NCBI GenBank assembly: GCA_019429045.1
Contig: JAHYJL010000003.1
Coordinates: 1-50,829, forward strand
Reading direction: 5' to 3'
DNA from: Bacteroidales bacterium
GTDB taxonomy: Bacteria; Bacteroidota; Bacteroidia; Bacteroidales; JAGOPY01
DNA: 50,829 bases
How positions within the stretch are numbered: the stretch's first letter is position 1; each line of letters starts with the position of its first letter. Below are positions 1 to 9,550 of this stretch, one piece after another. The position numbers were made by a program, and so were the translations under genes. The notes under the pieces are model-generated. The model was not told the DNA's origin, made no database searches, and saw only the letters and a program-made list of their open reading frames with translations.

Positions 1-1
1 A

Positions 2-1081
2 TATGGCTGGGGTTACGGATATCCCGGCTACTGGGGAGGATCCTACTGGTCAGGTTACTACTCCGGTTACTATGCCGGTTACTGGGATGGTTACTACTGG
101 GGTGGCGGCGGATATTACTCCGATCCTGATCCCTCCGGAAACTATTACGGGCCGAGGCGCAGCCGCACCGGCTCCTCCGACGGCAGCTTCAGCTCCGGAA
201 GCCTCACCCGCGGCTCACGCACCGAAGATGATGGCCTGAGGACTTTCGACCAGTCGGCCCGCGGCACACGCACCGGCGATGTCACTCCGATAGCTACCGG
301 CAAGGCAACCGGAACTGAACCCGGCGCTGTTTCAGCCCGCGGCACCAGGCCCGATGCTGAGGTTACCGGTGCAACACGTGTTGCCGGCACAGCCCGCGGC
401 GAAGCCACCCGCGTGACCGAACCCGCTGCCGGGACAGCTACCAGAACTACCGGTACTGCTACCCGCGTAACCGAACCCGCTTCAGGTGCAGCTACCAGAA
501 CTACCGGTACTGCTACACGGACTACCGGTGCGGACAACCCGACCCTGTCGCCCAGCAGAAGGGTACAGCCCGAAATGAAATACGAAAAACCGCAAACCTA
601 TACCGCTCCAAGTTCGAGGACTACCCCTTCGCGGCAGGAATATACAAGCCCCAGCACAAGGGATACCCGCAGCTACTCAGATCAGGATGGATCTACCCGC
701 AGGGTTTACTCCACCACACCGCAGAGCAGAACAACGGAAAGCTCCGGCCGTACCACGCAGGAAAGCGGCAGCAGCAGGGTAAGCCCCGCTACGCCGTCGC
801 AGAACTATTCCACCCCTGCCAGGACGACCACCCCGTCACGCAATACCTATACTGCACCCTCCAGTTCAGGAGGCAGCCGCAGCATCTCGACTCCTTCCAA
901 CTCAGGAAGCAGATCAGGAGGCAGCCGCAGCATCTCGATTCCTTCCAACTCGGGAAGCAGTTCAGGAGGCAGCCGCAGCATCTCGGCCCCTTCCAGCTCA
1001 GGTAGCAGCTCAGGCCGTTCATCCGGAACAAGCAGTGGCAGCAGTGGTAGTAGCAGCAGAAGCGCCGGCGGAAGAAGGTAA
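2..1081 (+). CDS. 3' part of a Tyr/Gly/Trp-rich then Ser/Thr/Arg/Gly-rich low-complexity protein (5' end outside window)
   Basis: Frame 2 is open from base 2 (YGWGYGYPGYWGGSYWSGYY...) into the 413..1081 ORF. This type of gene commonly precedes Bacteroidota FadL-like genes. Confidence 0.75.
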   Translation, partial: YGWGYGYPGYWGGSYWSGYYSGYYAGYWDGYYWGGGGYYSDPDPSGNYYGPRRSRTGSSDGSFSSGSLTRGSRTEDDGLRTFDQSARGTRTGDVTPIATGKATGTEPGAVSARGTRPDAEVTGATRVAGTARGEATRVTEPAAGTATRTTGTATRVTEPASGAATRTTGTATRTTGADNPTLSPSRRVQPEMKYEKPQTYTAPSSRTTPSRQEYTSPSTRDTRSYSDQDGSTRRVYSTTPQSRTTESSGRTTQESGSSRVSPATPSQNYSTPARTTTPSRNTYTAPSSSGGSRSISTPSNSGSRSGGSRSISIPSNSGSSSGGSRSISAPSSSGSSSGRSSGTSSGSSGSSSRSAGGRR

Positions 1082-1103
1082 ATAACCTCAAAAGTTAAAC
1101 ACC

Positions 1104-2594
1104 ATGAAAAGAATATCTTTCATAACGGCTATCCTACTGACAGCCGCCCAGGCAGTTCTGTCCCAAACTCCGGCAGACGCCCTGCGATACTCAAGCCTTG
1201 ATGTTGGAGGGACAGCGCGCTACATGGGACTTAGCGGCGCATTCGGGGCCCTGGGCGCAGACTTTACCACCACAAGCACCAACCCCGCAGGAATCGCACT
1301 GTTTAAATCATCGGAAATATCCATCACACCAGCAATTAATGTCGGCACCGTGGAATCCATGTACAACGGCACATCCGGTCTTGACCAGCGATCGGTTTTC
1401 CACCTCGGAAACGCCGGAATTGTCCTGGCTTCCAAACTGAAAACCGACCCCAAAAAATCGGGCTGGAGAAATGTGAACTTTGCCACCGGTATCAACCGGA
1501 TCAATAATTTCAACTTCTCCTATGAAATGACCGGGACCAATACCACTAATTCACTGCTCGACACATATGTTGCAGCAGCAAATGGAATTGATTTTAAAGA
1601 TATTGAGGATGACTTCTATGGCGATTATGCTTTCGACCTTAACCTGGCCTGGTGGACCTACCTGCTCGACTTTGCTTATCCTGGTGCTGTTAATGAATAT
1701 ATTTCCCCTATCGCATCCGAAAGCAGCAAACTGCAAACAAAAAATGTCGATGCCACCGGATCCATGAATGAATATGTCTTCAGCCTGGGCGCCAATTACA
1801 ACGACAGGCTCTACCTTGGGATGACACTTGGAATTCCGCTCATCCGCTACTATGAAACTGCTATTTACACCGAAGAAAATATCTCCAATTCCGATTTGAA
1901 ATATTTCCGGATCATTGATCAACTCGAAACAAGTGGCACCGGGTTTAATTTCAAACTGGGTTTTATTTACCGCGCCAGCGACTGGTTCCGGCTGGGAGCG
2001 GCATTTCATACCCCTTCATGGTTTAGCAGCATGAAAGACTACTGGAAGGTTACCATGTCATCGGAGTTTTACACACCTGACCCCGATGGCTATACCCTTT
2101 ACAAGGAAACCTCTCCTACCGGAAGTTACACTTACAAGTTGCAGACCCCCATGCGGATTCAGGGCAGCATGGCATTCATCATCGGCAATTTAGGCCTGGT
2201 AAGCGCCGATTATGAGTTTGCCGACTATACCACCACCAGACTCGATGCCAGTGATTACAGCTTCAGCGATGAGAACAGAGCCATCCGGAACAGCTACACC
2301 GGCGCACATCAGATCCGGATTGGCACTGAATGGAGATACAGCATTTTCAGCTTCAGGGCCGGCGGCAAATACTTCACCTCGCCTTACCAGGACAACCTCA
2401 ACGATGGCAGTACCTTCGGATTCTCAGGTGGCGCCGGATTCAGACAGGGCTGGTTCTTCATGGACCTGGCTTATGCTTACAGCAATACCAAACAGGATTA
2501 CTACTTCTATAACATCGGCGGCATCGCCTCAAATCCGGTCAACAATACAATCCGGAGACATAATGTACTGCTGACTGTGGGGGTGAAATTGTAA
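1104..2594 (+). CDS. OmpP1/FadL/TodX-family outer-membrane transporter
   Basis: Signal peptide, GTARYMGLSGAFGALGADF...NPAG N-terminal motif, C-terminal beta-strand (LLTVGVKL). Confidence 0.85.
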   Translation: MKRISFITAILLTAAQAVLSQTPADALRYSSLDVGGTARYMGLSGAFGALGADFTTTSTNPAGIALFKSSEISITPAINVGTVESMYNGTSGLDQRSVFHLGNAGIVLASKLKTDPKKSGWRNVNFATGINRINNFNFSYEMTGTNTTNSLLDTYVAAANGIDFKDIEDDFYGDYAFDLNLAWWTYLLDFAYPGAVNEYISPIASESSKLQTKNVDATGSMNEYVFSLGANYNDRLYLGMTLGIPLIRYYETAIYTEENISNSDLKYFRIIDQLETSGTGFNFKLGFIYRASDWFRLGAAFHTPSWFSSMKDYWKVTMSSEFYTPDPDGYTLYKETSPTGSYTYKLQTPMRIQGSMAFIIGNLGLVSADYEFADYTTTRLDASDYSFSDENRAIRNSYTGAHQIRIGTEWRYSIFSFRAGGKYFTSPYQDNLNDGSTFGFSGGAGFRQGWFFMDLAYAYSNTKQDYYFYNIGGIASNPVNNTIRRHNVLLTVGVKL

Positions 2595-2615
2595 ATGCGC
2601 AAAATCTTGCGCATC

Positions 2616-3668
2616 CTACACCCGCACAAACCGCACATTGGCAGCTTTAAAACTGACCCATATCTCCCTACCGGCCCGCAGGGACAATGACTGCAGCGAT
2701 TCCCTTGTAATGCGGGCGTAAACGGGAAATCCAATGTCCACCAGCACTTCGAACCCATATGGATAGGGGCTGACATCAATAATGGTCCCCTTGAACTGGT
2801 TGGTGGCGCTGGTAGGCAGGTTATCAAGGGAGATAAAAACATCTTCGCCACGTAGCAGCACAAACCCCTGCCCTTCCGTTTCATCGGTGATCAACCGTAA
2901 CAACATGCCATTTTCCAGCTCGGCGTATTGCCGTTCCTGCTCCCGGTACAAGCGCGCAGGAAAGTAATTCCTGATACCTGTGAAACGCGCGGCGAACTCC
3001 GAACCCGGGTGGTGGAAAACCTCGTCGGCCGGGCCCATCTGCACTATTCTGCCGTCGTGCATGACGGCCACTTTGGTGGCCAGTACCAGCGCCTCTTCAT
3101 AATCATGGGTCACATGTATGATCGTCTGTCCCGACCGGTTGATTTTTCTGAGCAGGCTGCGTAAACCCTGCTTCAGTGAGATATCCAGTGAGGCCAGCGG
3201 CTCGTCAAGTAGCAGGAAGCGTGGATTGCGCACCAGGGTGCGGGCCAGGGCGACGCGCTGCAGCTCCCCACCGGAAAGCGACTGCGGCCTGCGGCTGAGC
3301 AAGTGCCCGATTTCCAGCAAATCAGCCTGCTCCATCACACGCTGGTCGGTCTCCTTCTTTCCAATCCTCTTAATTTTCAGCGGATAGGCAATATTATCCC
3401 GTACACTCATGTGAGGAAAAACAGCCAGGTCCTGGAATACCAGTCCCATCGGCCTCGACTGGATCCTGTCATCGGTAATATCACGACCATCTATCAAGAT
3501 TTGCCCGTCATCCGGAGAAATCAGCCCTGCCAGAATCTCCAGCAAAAGGGTCTTGCCTGCACCCGAAGGGCCCAGTATCACGTAATAATCGCCGTTTTCA
3601 GCCTGGAAGGATACTCCGTCCAGCTGGAAACCGGCATAGGCTTTATGTATATTCTGAACATCAAGCAT
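2616..3668 (-). CDS. Molybdate/tungstate-type ABC transporter ATP-binding subunit (ModC/WtpC-like) with C-terminal TOBE region
   Basis: Walker A GPSGAGKT, signature LSGGE, Walker B LLLDEP, VTHD switch, TOBE-like SATNQFKGTI...VSFKA. Confidence 0.85.
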   Translation of the reverse strand: MLDVQNIHKAYAGFQLDGVSFQAENGDYYVILGPSGAGKTLLLEILAGLISPDDGQILIDGRDITDDRIQSRPMGLVFQDLAVFPHMSVRDNIAYPLKIKRIGKKETDQRVMEQADLLEIGHLLSRRPQSLSGGELQRVALARTLVRNPRFLLLDEPLASLDISLKQGLRSLLRKINRSGQTIIHVTHDYEEALVLATKVAVMHDGRIVQMGPADEVFHHPGSEFAARFTGIRNYFPARLYREQERQYAELENGMLLRLITDETEGQGFVLLRGEDVFISLDNLPTSATNQFKGTIIDVSPYPYGFEVLVDIGFPVYARITRESLQSLSLRAGREIWVSFKAANVRFVRV

Positions 3669-4440
3669 CTTTCCGGGGTCGTGACAACATGCGTAACAAA
3701 ATAAAAAATACCAGGCTGACAGCGATAAAGATCACCGCCACCGGACGGGCATAACTCAGCCCGAAGGCGCCAAAGCGCTCCCAGATCAGCACCGGGGTGA
3801 TCATCGGATGGTACGCCACGATGACCACGGCACCGAATTCGCTCATGCCGCGGGCAAACATCAGGATCAACCCTGAAACTACGTTGCGCCATGCCAGCGG
3901 CAGCGATATCGTGAAGAAAACACGCATGGGAGAGGCGCCCAGGTTCAGGGCCGCCTGTTCCAGCCGGGCTGGAACGGCCAGGAAGCCGTCGCGGGCGGAG
4001 TTAACCAGAAACGGAATGCTCACAAAGGCCATGGCCAGCGCAATTCCAGCCGGCGCCCCTACGAAATCCAACCCGATGAATGACCCCAGTTGTCCCAGGT
4101 AAGAATCGCGCGAAACGAACCCCAGAACGGCGATCCCCGCCGCCGAATGCGGGATAACGATGGGCAGATCGATGATCCCCATCACCAGCCGCTTCAGGGG
4201 AAATTCCTTCCGGGCAAGCAGATAAGCCAGCGGGATCCCACCCAGGGCAAAGACCAGCGTCGCGGCCATCGACACCCATAGCGTCAGGCCAATGCTGCGC
4301 TGTACCTCCGGGTCTTTCGAGGATTCAAAGACGTCTGCCGGGGAGGTAGATACAAACATCCCCACCAACGGCCCGATAATGAACAGCAGCACCACCCCGC
4401 TGAGCAGGACCAGGAAGAGCTGAAAGGGTTGAAACCGCAT
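3661..4440 (-). CDS. Molybdate/tungstate ABC transporter permease (ModB/WtpB-like)
   Basis: DLPIVIPHSAAGIA, EAA loop (LEQAALNLGAS), FARGMSEFGA; overlaps the ATPase gene by 8 bp. Confidence 0.85.
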   Translation of the reverse strand: MRFQPFQLFLVLLSGVVLLFIIGPLVGMFVSTSPADVFESSKDPEVQRSIGLTLWVSMAATLVFALGGIPLAYLLARKEFPLKRLVMGIIDLPIVIPHSAAGIAVLGFVSRDSYLGQLGSFIGLDFVGAPAGIALAMAFVSIPFLVNSARDGFLAVPARLEQAALNLGASPMRVFFTISLPLAWRNVVSGLILMFARGMSEFGAVVIVAYHPMITPVLIWERFGAFGLSYARPVAVIFIAVSLVFFILLRMLSRPRKDA

Positions 4441-4527
4441 ATGGGCTCAAAGATTTATGCAAAGATGAGAAAGATTTCTTGTTTGCCAACCTGAAGCTTA
4501 CTGATATAAATGGATATGACTGGTTTC

Positions 4528-6603
4528 TCAAACCGGTATCTCAAACCTGAAAGCGGCCCCTTTTCCGGGTTCAGAGCGGACATCCATTTTACCGTTCAAA
4601 AAATTCACCCTTGACTGGATACTGTTCAGACCGATGGATTTAGACATAAGTTTTTCTTCTATATTAAAACCGATGCCGTCATCCGAATAGAAAACATCCA
4701 TTTTCCCCGGGTGTAATTCCATTCGGAGTTCAATATTACTGGCCTGGGCATGCTTCAGGGTGTTGTTCGCAAGCTCCTGAATGATGCGGTAAAGCATGAT
4801 CTCCCGGTTTTCAGGCATTCGTTCTGCATCTTCCGGGATCTCAGCAGTTACCTTCAATCCTTCGGTTTCGGAAAGTTTTTCAAAAAGGTCGGCTACGGCT
4901 TCGTACAAACCAAGTTTGGTCAGCAGGCCGGGCATCATATTGTGAGATATTTTCCGGACATCGCTGGAAGCTTGTTCCAGCAACCTGGAGGCCTTTTCAA
5001 TGAGCGGGCGGGCTCCGGGACTGGCATCCCCGATCGAAGAGAACTGCATCCGTGTGGTGGAAAGCAATACCCCCAGTCCATCGTGCAGCTCCCGGGCAAT
5101 CCGCTTACGCTCCTCCTCCTGACCCTCTACCAGCGATTTGGCGGCAAGGAGTTTCTTTTCCTCCTCCAGCTGCCTGATCCGCTGCTGCGCAATGATCCTG
5201 TCCTTCCTCGCCCGCTGCCTGAAATAGAGAAGCCCAAAAGTTATCAGGGCAATAATACCAATGGCGGTGAACAAGTAAATGTTGTTCTGCTTGGTCTTGA
5301 TGAGGTTATCCCTTTCCAATGCCAGGATCTGCGCCTGCTTCTTCTCATTCTGGTATTTCATCTCCAGGTCAGCCATCAGCCGGTCCTTCTCCAGTTGGTA
5401 GATCATATCCTGTATGCTGTCATGCAGCAGGTAATATTTCAGCGCTTGCTGATGATCGTCCTGGGTCTTATGACCAAAATACAAATTTTTGTAGGCCGTG
5501 GATGCCAGTTCGGGATTGCCTGTCCGGATCGCTACCGCGAGGGATGAATCCAGCAACTGATAGGCCAGGGAATAATTTTTCCGATAAATATTCAACAGCC
5601 CCAGGTTATTCAAGGTCTGGCCATAAGGGTACCAGCACCCAAGTTCTGAAAACAAGTCCCTGGCCCGGACATAATAATACTCCGCGCTGTCGAGATTCGG
5701 GATATCTATATAAACATTACCCAAGTTATTCAGCACATCGGCAAGTTTTTTCCTGTCCTCCAATGATTGGTAACTATTATGTGCAATCCGCAGTTCAACC
5801 AGCGCAGCATCGTAATCTTTCTTTGCATAATGGATAAGTCCGATGTTCATACGGGCCAGACCGACCAGATTGGGGTAATGCTTCTCATTCATCGGTATGC
5901 TAAGGTTAAGATAATGAAAGGCCCTTTCATAATCTTCCAGTTGCATGTAAAGGATGCCCATGTTCAGGTAACCCATGGCAAGGCTTTTTTCCATGCCTTT
6001 CTCTTCCGCAATTTTAATAAGCTCTATATAATGAATCAGCGCAGAGTCATAAAGGGCCATTTCTTTGAACATCACCCCCAGCCCATTGAGTGATTTTACC
6101 AAACCAGTGGTGTCGCCCACCGCAGCATACAACCGGTAACTTTCCCGGTAGGACACAATGCCTGCCTCGGGGCCTTCATTATAGAACAGCGCCATGCCAA
6201 GGGTGATATTGATCGCCGCCAGGTCTGAAGAGGTAGCTTCTTCCGGGGAAAATGCCAGGGCACTATCACAAAACATAACCGCTGAGTCATAAACCTGGTT
6301 TCTCAGAAAGGTTTTGCCTTTTATCCAGTAACCTTTCATCATGGAAATTTTATTCCCGGTTTTCATGCCCCTTGCAACCAGTTGGTCACAATATAAGACA
6401 GATTGGGCCATGTCTCCCCATGTAAAATATCCCTCTGCCAGTTTCAGCAGGGCAAGATCTTTATCCTCTCCGGACACATCTGAGGCAAGGACCCGTTTCA
6501 GGCTATCGGGATTGAAGGCTGGCTGGGCCGTAATTACCCGGGTAGATAAAACCGCCTGCATTACAGCCAGGGTGCAGATTACATAAACGATTGATTTTTG
6601 CAT
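4528..6603 (-). CDS. TPR-repeat sensor histidine kinase (HisKA_3/NarX-like)
   Basis: Signal peptide from MQKS (6603), TPR repeats, one TM segment, H-box ERKRIARELHDGLG, N-box QELANNTLKHA, DDGIGF, GLNSI, GKGA. Confidence 0.9.
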   Translation of the reverse strand: MQKSIVYVICTLAVMQAVLSTRVITAQPAFNPDSLKRVLASDVSGEDKDLALLKLAEGYFTWGDMAQSVLYCDQLVARGMKTGNKISMMKGYWIKGKTFLRNQVYDSAVMFCDSALAFSPEEATSSDLAAINITLGMALFYNEGPEAGIVSYRESYRLYAAVGDTTGLVKSLNGLGVMFKEMALYDSALIHYIELIKIAEEKGMEKSLAMGYLNMGILYMQLEDYERAFHYLNLSIPMNEKHYPNLVGLARMNIGLIHYAKKDYDAALVELRIAHNSYQSLEDRKKLADVLNNLGNVYIDIPNLDSAEYYYVRARDLFSELGCWYPYGQTLNNLGLLNIYRKNYSLAYQLLDSSLAVAIRTGNPELASTAYKNLYFGHKTQDDHQQALKYYLLHDSIQDMIYQLEKDRLMADLEMKYQNEKKQAQILALERDNLIKTKQNNIYLFTAIGIIALITFGLLYFRQRARKDRIIAQQRIRQLEEEKKLLAAKSLVEGQEEERKRIARELHDGLGVLLSTTRMQFSSIGDASPGARPLIEKASRLLEQASSDVRKISHNMMPGLLTKLGLYEAVADLFEKLSETEGLKVTAEIPEDAERMPENREIMLYRIIQELANNTLKHAQASNIELRMELHPGKMDVFYSDDGIGFNIEEKLMSKSIGLNSIQSRVNFLNGKMDVRSEPGKGAAFRFEIPV

Positions 6604-6628
6604 TACATGTTTATTCCTGATGCGTATA

Positions 6629-7033
6629 TTATTCCTCCAGCGCCTGGCTGAATGTTTTCGAAATGGATCCACCTACCTGGTCTTCTTCCATTTTGACCAC
6701 TACCAAATGATTCAATTCCGAAAGCGGGTAATTCTCACCGCTTTCAGGAAACTTCACCGCGTGTTCGTTTGGAAAATTATTATCACTGAATTTACGATAA
6801 GTGAACAATGTTACCAACTGAAATTTTTCTCTCTCTACATCACATTCATCACAAATCTGGTTAAAAATAAGCTCTCCGGGCCTATGTTTTGTTGAGCCTT
6901 GCCATTCTGCATTTGTCAGACTTTCCAGATTAATCATGTGGCTTACCTCAATCTTCCTGGTATCGGTATCCCAAGAAATCTCCTGGATGATGGCATCATC
7001 CATTGAGACGTTTGTTAATGAACGTTTTGGCAT
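6629..7033 (-). CDS. hypothetical protein, probably co-transcribed with the kinase
   Basis: ORF from MPKRSLT (ATG at 7033) ending 25 bp before the kinase start; no recognised motif. Confidence 0.55.
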   Translation of the reverse strand: MPKRSLTNVSMDDAIIQEISWDTDTRKIEVSHMINLESLTNAEWQGSTKHRPGELIFNQICDECDVEREKFQLVTLFTYRKFSDNNFPNEHAVKFPESGENYPLSELNHLVVVKMEEDQVGGSISKTFSQALEE

Positions 7034-7235
7034 GATTTTAAGTTTTAAAGGTTTGTAAATAGAATATTTCATTTTGAATGAAGGTTTGGCCAAAGAGATG
7101 CATTCGGAAATTCCCCCGAAATTTACATCATTTTTAACCAGAAAGCAAATTAATTTTAACAAGACAATTTTATAAAATTAAATTCACAGAATAGTAGCAA
7201 AAAACAGCTAAAGAAAAAATTCATGGAAATTAGTC

Positions 7236-7255
7236 TCAGGTAAATTTTTACCTGA
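7236..7255. promoter_or_regulatory. palindromic operator-like site
   Basis: TCAGGTAAA-TT-TTTACCTGA, perfect 9-bp arms, in the divergent intergenic region. Confidence 0.45.
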
Positions 7256-7283
7256 CTATAGGTGGCTAATTAAAAATAGTATT

Positions 7284-7291
7284 TATCTTTG
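7284..7291 (+). promoter_or_regulatory. Bacteroidota -7 promoter element for the tRNA pair
   Basis: TATCTTTG matches TAnnTTTG about 20 bp upstream of tRNA-Gly. Confidence 0.65.
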
Positions 7292-7310
7292 CAATCCATT
7301 TTTAAAAACT

Positions 7311-7383
<73 letters not shown>

Positions 7384-7420
7384 CAAACCAACAAGTCCCG
7401 AAGTTTCGGGGCTTTTTTAG

Positions 7421-7490
7421 TTCTGAGTTCTGAGTTCTGAGTTCTGAGTTCTGAGTTCTGAGTTCTGAGTTTTGAGTTTTGAGTTCTGAG
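7421..7490. repeat. heptamer tandem array (TTCTGAG/TTTTGAG) x10
   Basis: Read directly. Confidence 0.95.
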
Positions 7491-7553
7491 TTTTTCAGAT
7501 TAGTGTTTCGGGTGGAATAATGCTTTTTTCGTAAATTTGAAATCAAAAATCAA

Positions 7554-7630
7554 CTCAACACTCAACACTCAACACTCAACACTCAACACTCAACACTCAA
7601 CACTCAACACTCAACACTCAACACTCAGCA
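7554..7630. repeat. heptamer tandem array (CTCAACA) x11
   Basis: Read directly (last unit CTCAGCA); approximately the reverse complement of the 7421-7490 array. Confidence 0.95.
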
Positions 7631-7641
7631 CTCGCCAGCAA

Positions 7642-7727
7642 GCCCGGGTGGCGGAACAGGTAGACGCGTTGGACTTAAAATCCAATGTCCAGTGATGGAC
7701 GTGCCGGTTCGATCCCGGCTCCGGGTA
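7642..7727 (+). tRNA. tRNA-Leu(TAA)
   Basis: GCCCGGG acceptor stem, anticodon arm TTGGA-CTTAAAA-TCCAA, long variable arm, GGTTCGATCCC. Confidence 0.96.
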
Positions 7728-7728
7728 C

Positions 7729-7762
7729 AAGAAAAGCCGCTCTTACAGCGGCTTTCTTTGTT
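7729..7762 (+). terminator. intrinsic terminator after tRNA-Leu
   Basis: AAAGCCGC-TCTTACA-GCGGCTTT followed by a T-rich tail. Confidence 0.75.
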
Positions 7763-7782
7763 AATGATAAAATAGCACTAAG

Positions 7783-7845
7783 AACCCGAAACCAGAAACC
7801 AGAAACCAGAAACCCGAAACCCGAAACCAGAAACTAGAAACTAAA
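7783..7845. repeat. heptamer tandem array (AACCAGA/AACCCGA) x9
   Basis: Read directly. Confidence 0.9.
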
Positions 7846-7847
7846 AA

Positions 7848-8501
7848 TCACCTCTTCAGATTCCATCCGAACGAAAAGTCGATCATCCCGATGAAGCGGT
7901 TCTTTTTGTAATCGCCGTATGGCAGTCCTTCGCTGGCGCCGGTGTTGTAAAGCCCTTCATTTTTAATATCAAAGGCGAAACCGGGCAGGATGCCCAGGTT
8001 CAGGTAGAAGTTGCGTTTAAAGCTCCTGCGGTAGCCCAGGTTGCCATAAACGGCCGCGGCCAGCCGGGTCTGCACGTACTCGTATTCGGTGCCCATGTTA
8101 TGCAGTCCTTTCTCGTGGATGAATTCCAAAAACCCGCCGTAATATAAAAACCTGCCTTTCCGGTTGATAGGCATAAATACTTTATACCCCGCCCCCACAC
8201 CGATACTCGAAGGATAGTATTCGCTGTCATCCTCAAAATTGGTCCACTCCCAGTGACTGGCCAGGCCGGCATAGCTGTAACGGATAAAAGGCACCAGGAA
8301 GGAAGTGCCGCCCAGCTTGATCTCAGCCTGTATGATCGGACCATACAATGCTGCATTGAGCAAATTGAAGTTCATGGTGAAAGCCGGCATGGTGACCTGC
8401 CTTTTGGAAGCTCCTATCATCCGCCCGGGCATTTGTGAAAACATATCCGGACAAGTTAATAGTAATGAAAACAGTGAAACTAAAACAACAGATTTCTTCA
8501 T
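7848..8501 (-). CDS. putative small outer-membrane beta-barrel protein (paralog 1)
   Basis: Signal peptide, alternating beta strands, C-terminal DFSFGWNL; close paralog of the adjacent gene. Confidence 0.7.
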   Translation of the reverse strand: MKKSVVLVSLFSLLLTCPDMFSQMPGRMIGASKRQVTMPAFTMNFNLLNAALYGPIIQAEIKLGGTSFLVPFIRYSYAGLASHWEWTNFEDDSEYYPSSIGVGAGYKVFMPINRKGRFLYYGGFLEFIHEKGLHNMGTEYEYVQTRLAAAVYGNLGYRRSFKRNFYLNLGILPGFAFDIKNEGLYNTGASEGLPYGDYKKNRFIGMIDFSFGWNLKR

Positions 8502-8553
8502 AACAATAGCATGGGCAGAATAAGTAAATCCAATATCAGTTAATACGCAAATC

Positions 8554-9216
8554 TTAATATCCTCTTTTAAGATACCAGCCGAATGAAAAGTCGATCATAC
8601 CGATAAACTGGTTCTTCTTGAAATCATCATACGGCAATCCTTCGCTGGCTCCGGTATTATAAATTCCTTCATTTTTAACATCGAAGGCAAAGCCAGGCAT
8701 AATGCCAAGGTTCAGGTAAAAGTTTCTGTTGAAATTCCAGCGGTACCCCATGTTGCCATAAATGGCCGTAGCCAGCCTGGTCTGCCGGTACTCGTCATCC
8801 GAATTCATGTTGTGAAGGCCCTTTTCATGGATGAACTCGCCAAATGCACCATAATATATGAAATGTTTCCTGTTGGACAGGACAAGAAACCCTTTATAAC
8901 CGATCCCCGCGGCAATACTGGAGGGATTATATTGGCTATCATCATCAAAATTTGTCCACTGATAGGTGCTTAGCAATCCTGCATAACTGTACCTGACAAA
9001 AGGAACGAGAAAAGACTTTTCCACAAGTTTAATTTCCATCTGAACAATTGGGCCATACAGCGCGACATTGAGCAAGTTAAAATTTATTGACAATGAAGGC
9101 ATGAACACCTGTTTTTTATTCATTCCCCGCATTTTCCCTCCCATGTGTTGGGAAAAAGATAGCTGTGACTGGGCAACGAATAAAAGAATGAGGATCAGTA
9201 AAGCAATTCTTTTCAT
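8554..9216 (-). CDS. putative small outer-membrane beta-barrel protein (paralog 2)
   Basis: Shares NFNLLN..LYGPI, RYSYAGL, EFIHEKGLHNM and GMIDFSFGW with 7848-8501. Confidence 0.7.
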   Translation of the reverse strand: MKRIALLILILLFVAQSQLSFSQHMGGKMRGMNKKQVFMPSLSINFNLLNVALYGPIVQMEIKLVEKSFLVPFVRYSYAGLLSTYQWTNFDDDSQYNPSSIAAGIGYKGFLVLSNRKHFIYYGAFGEFIHEKGLHNMNSDDEYRQTRLATAIYGNMGYRWNFNRNFYLNLGIMPGFAFDVKNEGIYNTGASEGLPYDDFKKNQFIGMIDFSFGWYLKRGY

Positions 9217-9376
9217 GATAAGCGGTAAAGCAAATTCATAAATAATTGATCGAAATGAATGACTAAAATAACAGTTTTAGACAGAATGCCTGAATATTTT
9301 TTAAAATATTCTTACTTTTGCAAATCCAAAATCCACACTCACACTTCACTTGCACACTCACACCCAAACCCTCTTC

Positions 9377-9451
9377 CGGGGTGTGGCGCAGCCTGGTTAG
9401 CGTGCTTGACTGGGGGTCAAGAGGTCGAGAGTTCAAATCTCTCCACTCCGA
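9377..9451 (+). tRNA. tRNA-Pro(GGG)
   Basis: CGGGGTG/CACTCCG acceptor stem, anticodon arm CTTGA-CTGGGGG-TCAAG, GTTCAAATC T loop. Confidence 0.95.
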
Positions 9452-9550
9452 CAAGAAAATCAGACAGTTACGAAATCAAAAAGTAGCTGTCTTTTTTTAT
9501 TACTAACATTTTAACTAACATTTGATGTCGGCTCGACATCTGACCACGCC

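Noticed and set aside
404-1000. 54-bp and 48-bp direct repeats resembling a CRISPR array
   Set aside because: They are in-frame coding repeats of the low-complexity protein; the intervening sequence is repeated rather than unique, and there are no cas genes.
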